The notes beneath the pieces were generated by a model that saw only the letters and a program-made list of their open reading frames with translations, was not told the origin of the DNA and searched no databases. DNA of 64,000 nt from Longimicrobiales bacterium (GTDB taxonomy: Bacteria > Gemmatimonadota > Gemmatimonadetes > Longimicrobiales > Gaopeijiaceae), in NCBI GenBank assembly GCA_965238005.1, contig OZ250165.1, positions 1,536,001 through 1,600,000 on the forward strand, in the 5' to 3' direction. How positions within the stretch are numbered: the first letter of the stretch is position 1; each line of letters opens with the position of its first letter. This document shows positions 63,240 to 64,000 of this stretch, piece after piece. A program made the translations under genes and the position numbers.

Positions 63240-64000
63240 ATGCTCAGGGCCGTGAGAACATTCCCGCTGTGTGCTGTCCTATTGACTCTTGTGATGGCGC
63301 CCCCCATCGCTCAGGCGCAACAGAACGTGGCGGGTGAGCCCATTCTCATCGACTCCGTGGCGGTGAAGGGCAACGTACGCCTGGCCGATCTCACCATCAT
63401 CGCGATGGCGGACATCAACCGCGGCACCGCCTACACCATCTTCGACATCCAGAAGGCCACCAAGGAGCTGTGGGCCTCTGGGCAGTTCTGGGACATCACC
63501 GCCCACATCGAAGGCAACGTCGGCGAGCACGTCACCCTGGTGTGGGAGGTCGAAGAACAGGATCTCATGCGGAACGTCGTGATCACGGGCTTGGTCAACG
63601 TGGACGCCGACGAGGTTCGTGACACCACGGGCCTACAGGCGGGGCTGCCTTACTCGCCCGGGAGAGTGGCCGAAGCGAAGGAGTTCATCCGGCAGCAGCT
63701 GGCGTCGAAGGGAATACCGTTCGCGGACATCGTGGAGCGAGCCGCGCCCATCACGAACCGTCAGAAGGAGATCATCCTCTACCTGGATGTGACGGAGGGC
63801 ACGATGATCACCGTGGCCGACGTCGTCTTCACGGGGAACGAGCTCTTCTCGGACGGGGAGTTGAGGGGCGCCATGTCCGTGAAACCGGAGGGGTTCTGGT
63901 GGTGGAAGTCGGGCTCCTACGACCGGCAGCGTCTGGACGAGGATCTCCGTGTGCGTCTGCCGGCCTATTACGCCGCTCGAGGCTATCTGGATTTCCAGGC
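63240..64000 (+). CDS. bamA: Outer membrane protein assembly factor BamA, 3' partial
   Basis: Signal peptide then POTRA repeats (IDSVAVKGN...LWASGQF; VFTGNELFSD.EL...Y..RGYLDF). Confidence 0.85.
   Translation, partial: MLRAVRTFPLCAVLLTLVMAPPIAQAQQNVAGEPILIDSVAVKGNVRLADLTIIAMADINRGTAYTIFDIQKATKELWASGQFWDITAHIEGNVGEHVTLVWEVEEQDLMRNVVITGLVNVDADEVRDTTGLQAGLPYSPGRVAEAKEFIRQQLASKGIPFADIVERAAPITNRQKEIILYLDVTEGTMITVADVVFTGNELFSDGELRGAMSVKPEGFWWWKSGSYDRQRLDEDLRVRLPAYYAARGYLDFQ

Overview
High-GC bacterial chromosomal window, probably Gemmatimonadota (inferred from gene content and order; no database search was run). It is mostly housekeeping: ispG, gltX, pyrRBC, rpsT, scpAB-rluB, upp, a folK-folP fusion, era, rnr, prfB-lysS-lolE/lolD, mcsA-mcsB-clpC-bamA, a MoxR/DUF58/VWA cluster, two tRNAs and a full 16S-23S-5S operon. 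Main observations: (1) the 23S gene carries two group I introns at E. coli-equivalent positions 1931 and 1951, separated by a 20-nt exon, and only the first encodes a LAGLIDADG endonuclease; (2) a 125-bp MITE-like family inserts at (C)TAG, overlaps the stop codons of ispG, pcm and rnr, and has a variant with changed but still pairing arms; (3) a TACGTA-N17-TACGTA motif occurs three times, two copies lying in a 54-bp direct repeat around a PQQ dehydrogenase gene; (4) a LexA-like protein lacks its autocleavage residues; (5) an antisense copy of the 5S 3' end lies just downstream of 5S; (6) several accessory genes are deleted or frameshifted. An IS256 element sits at the left edge.
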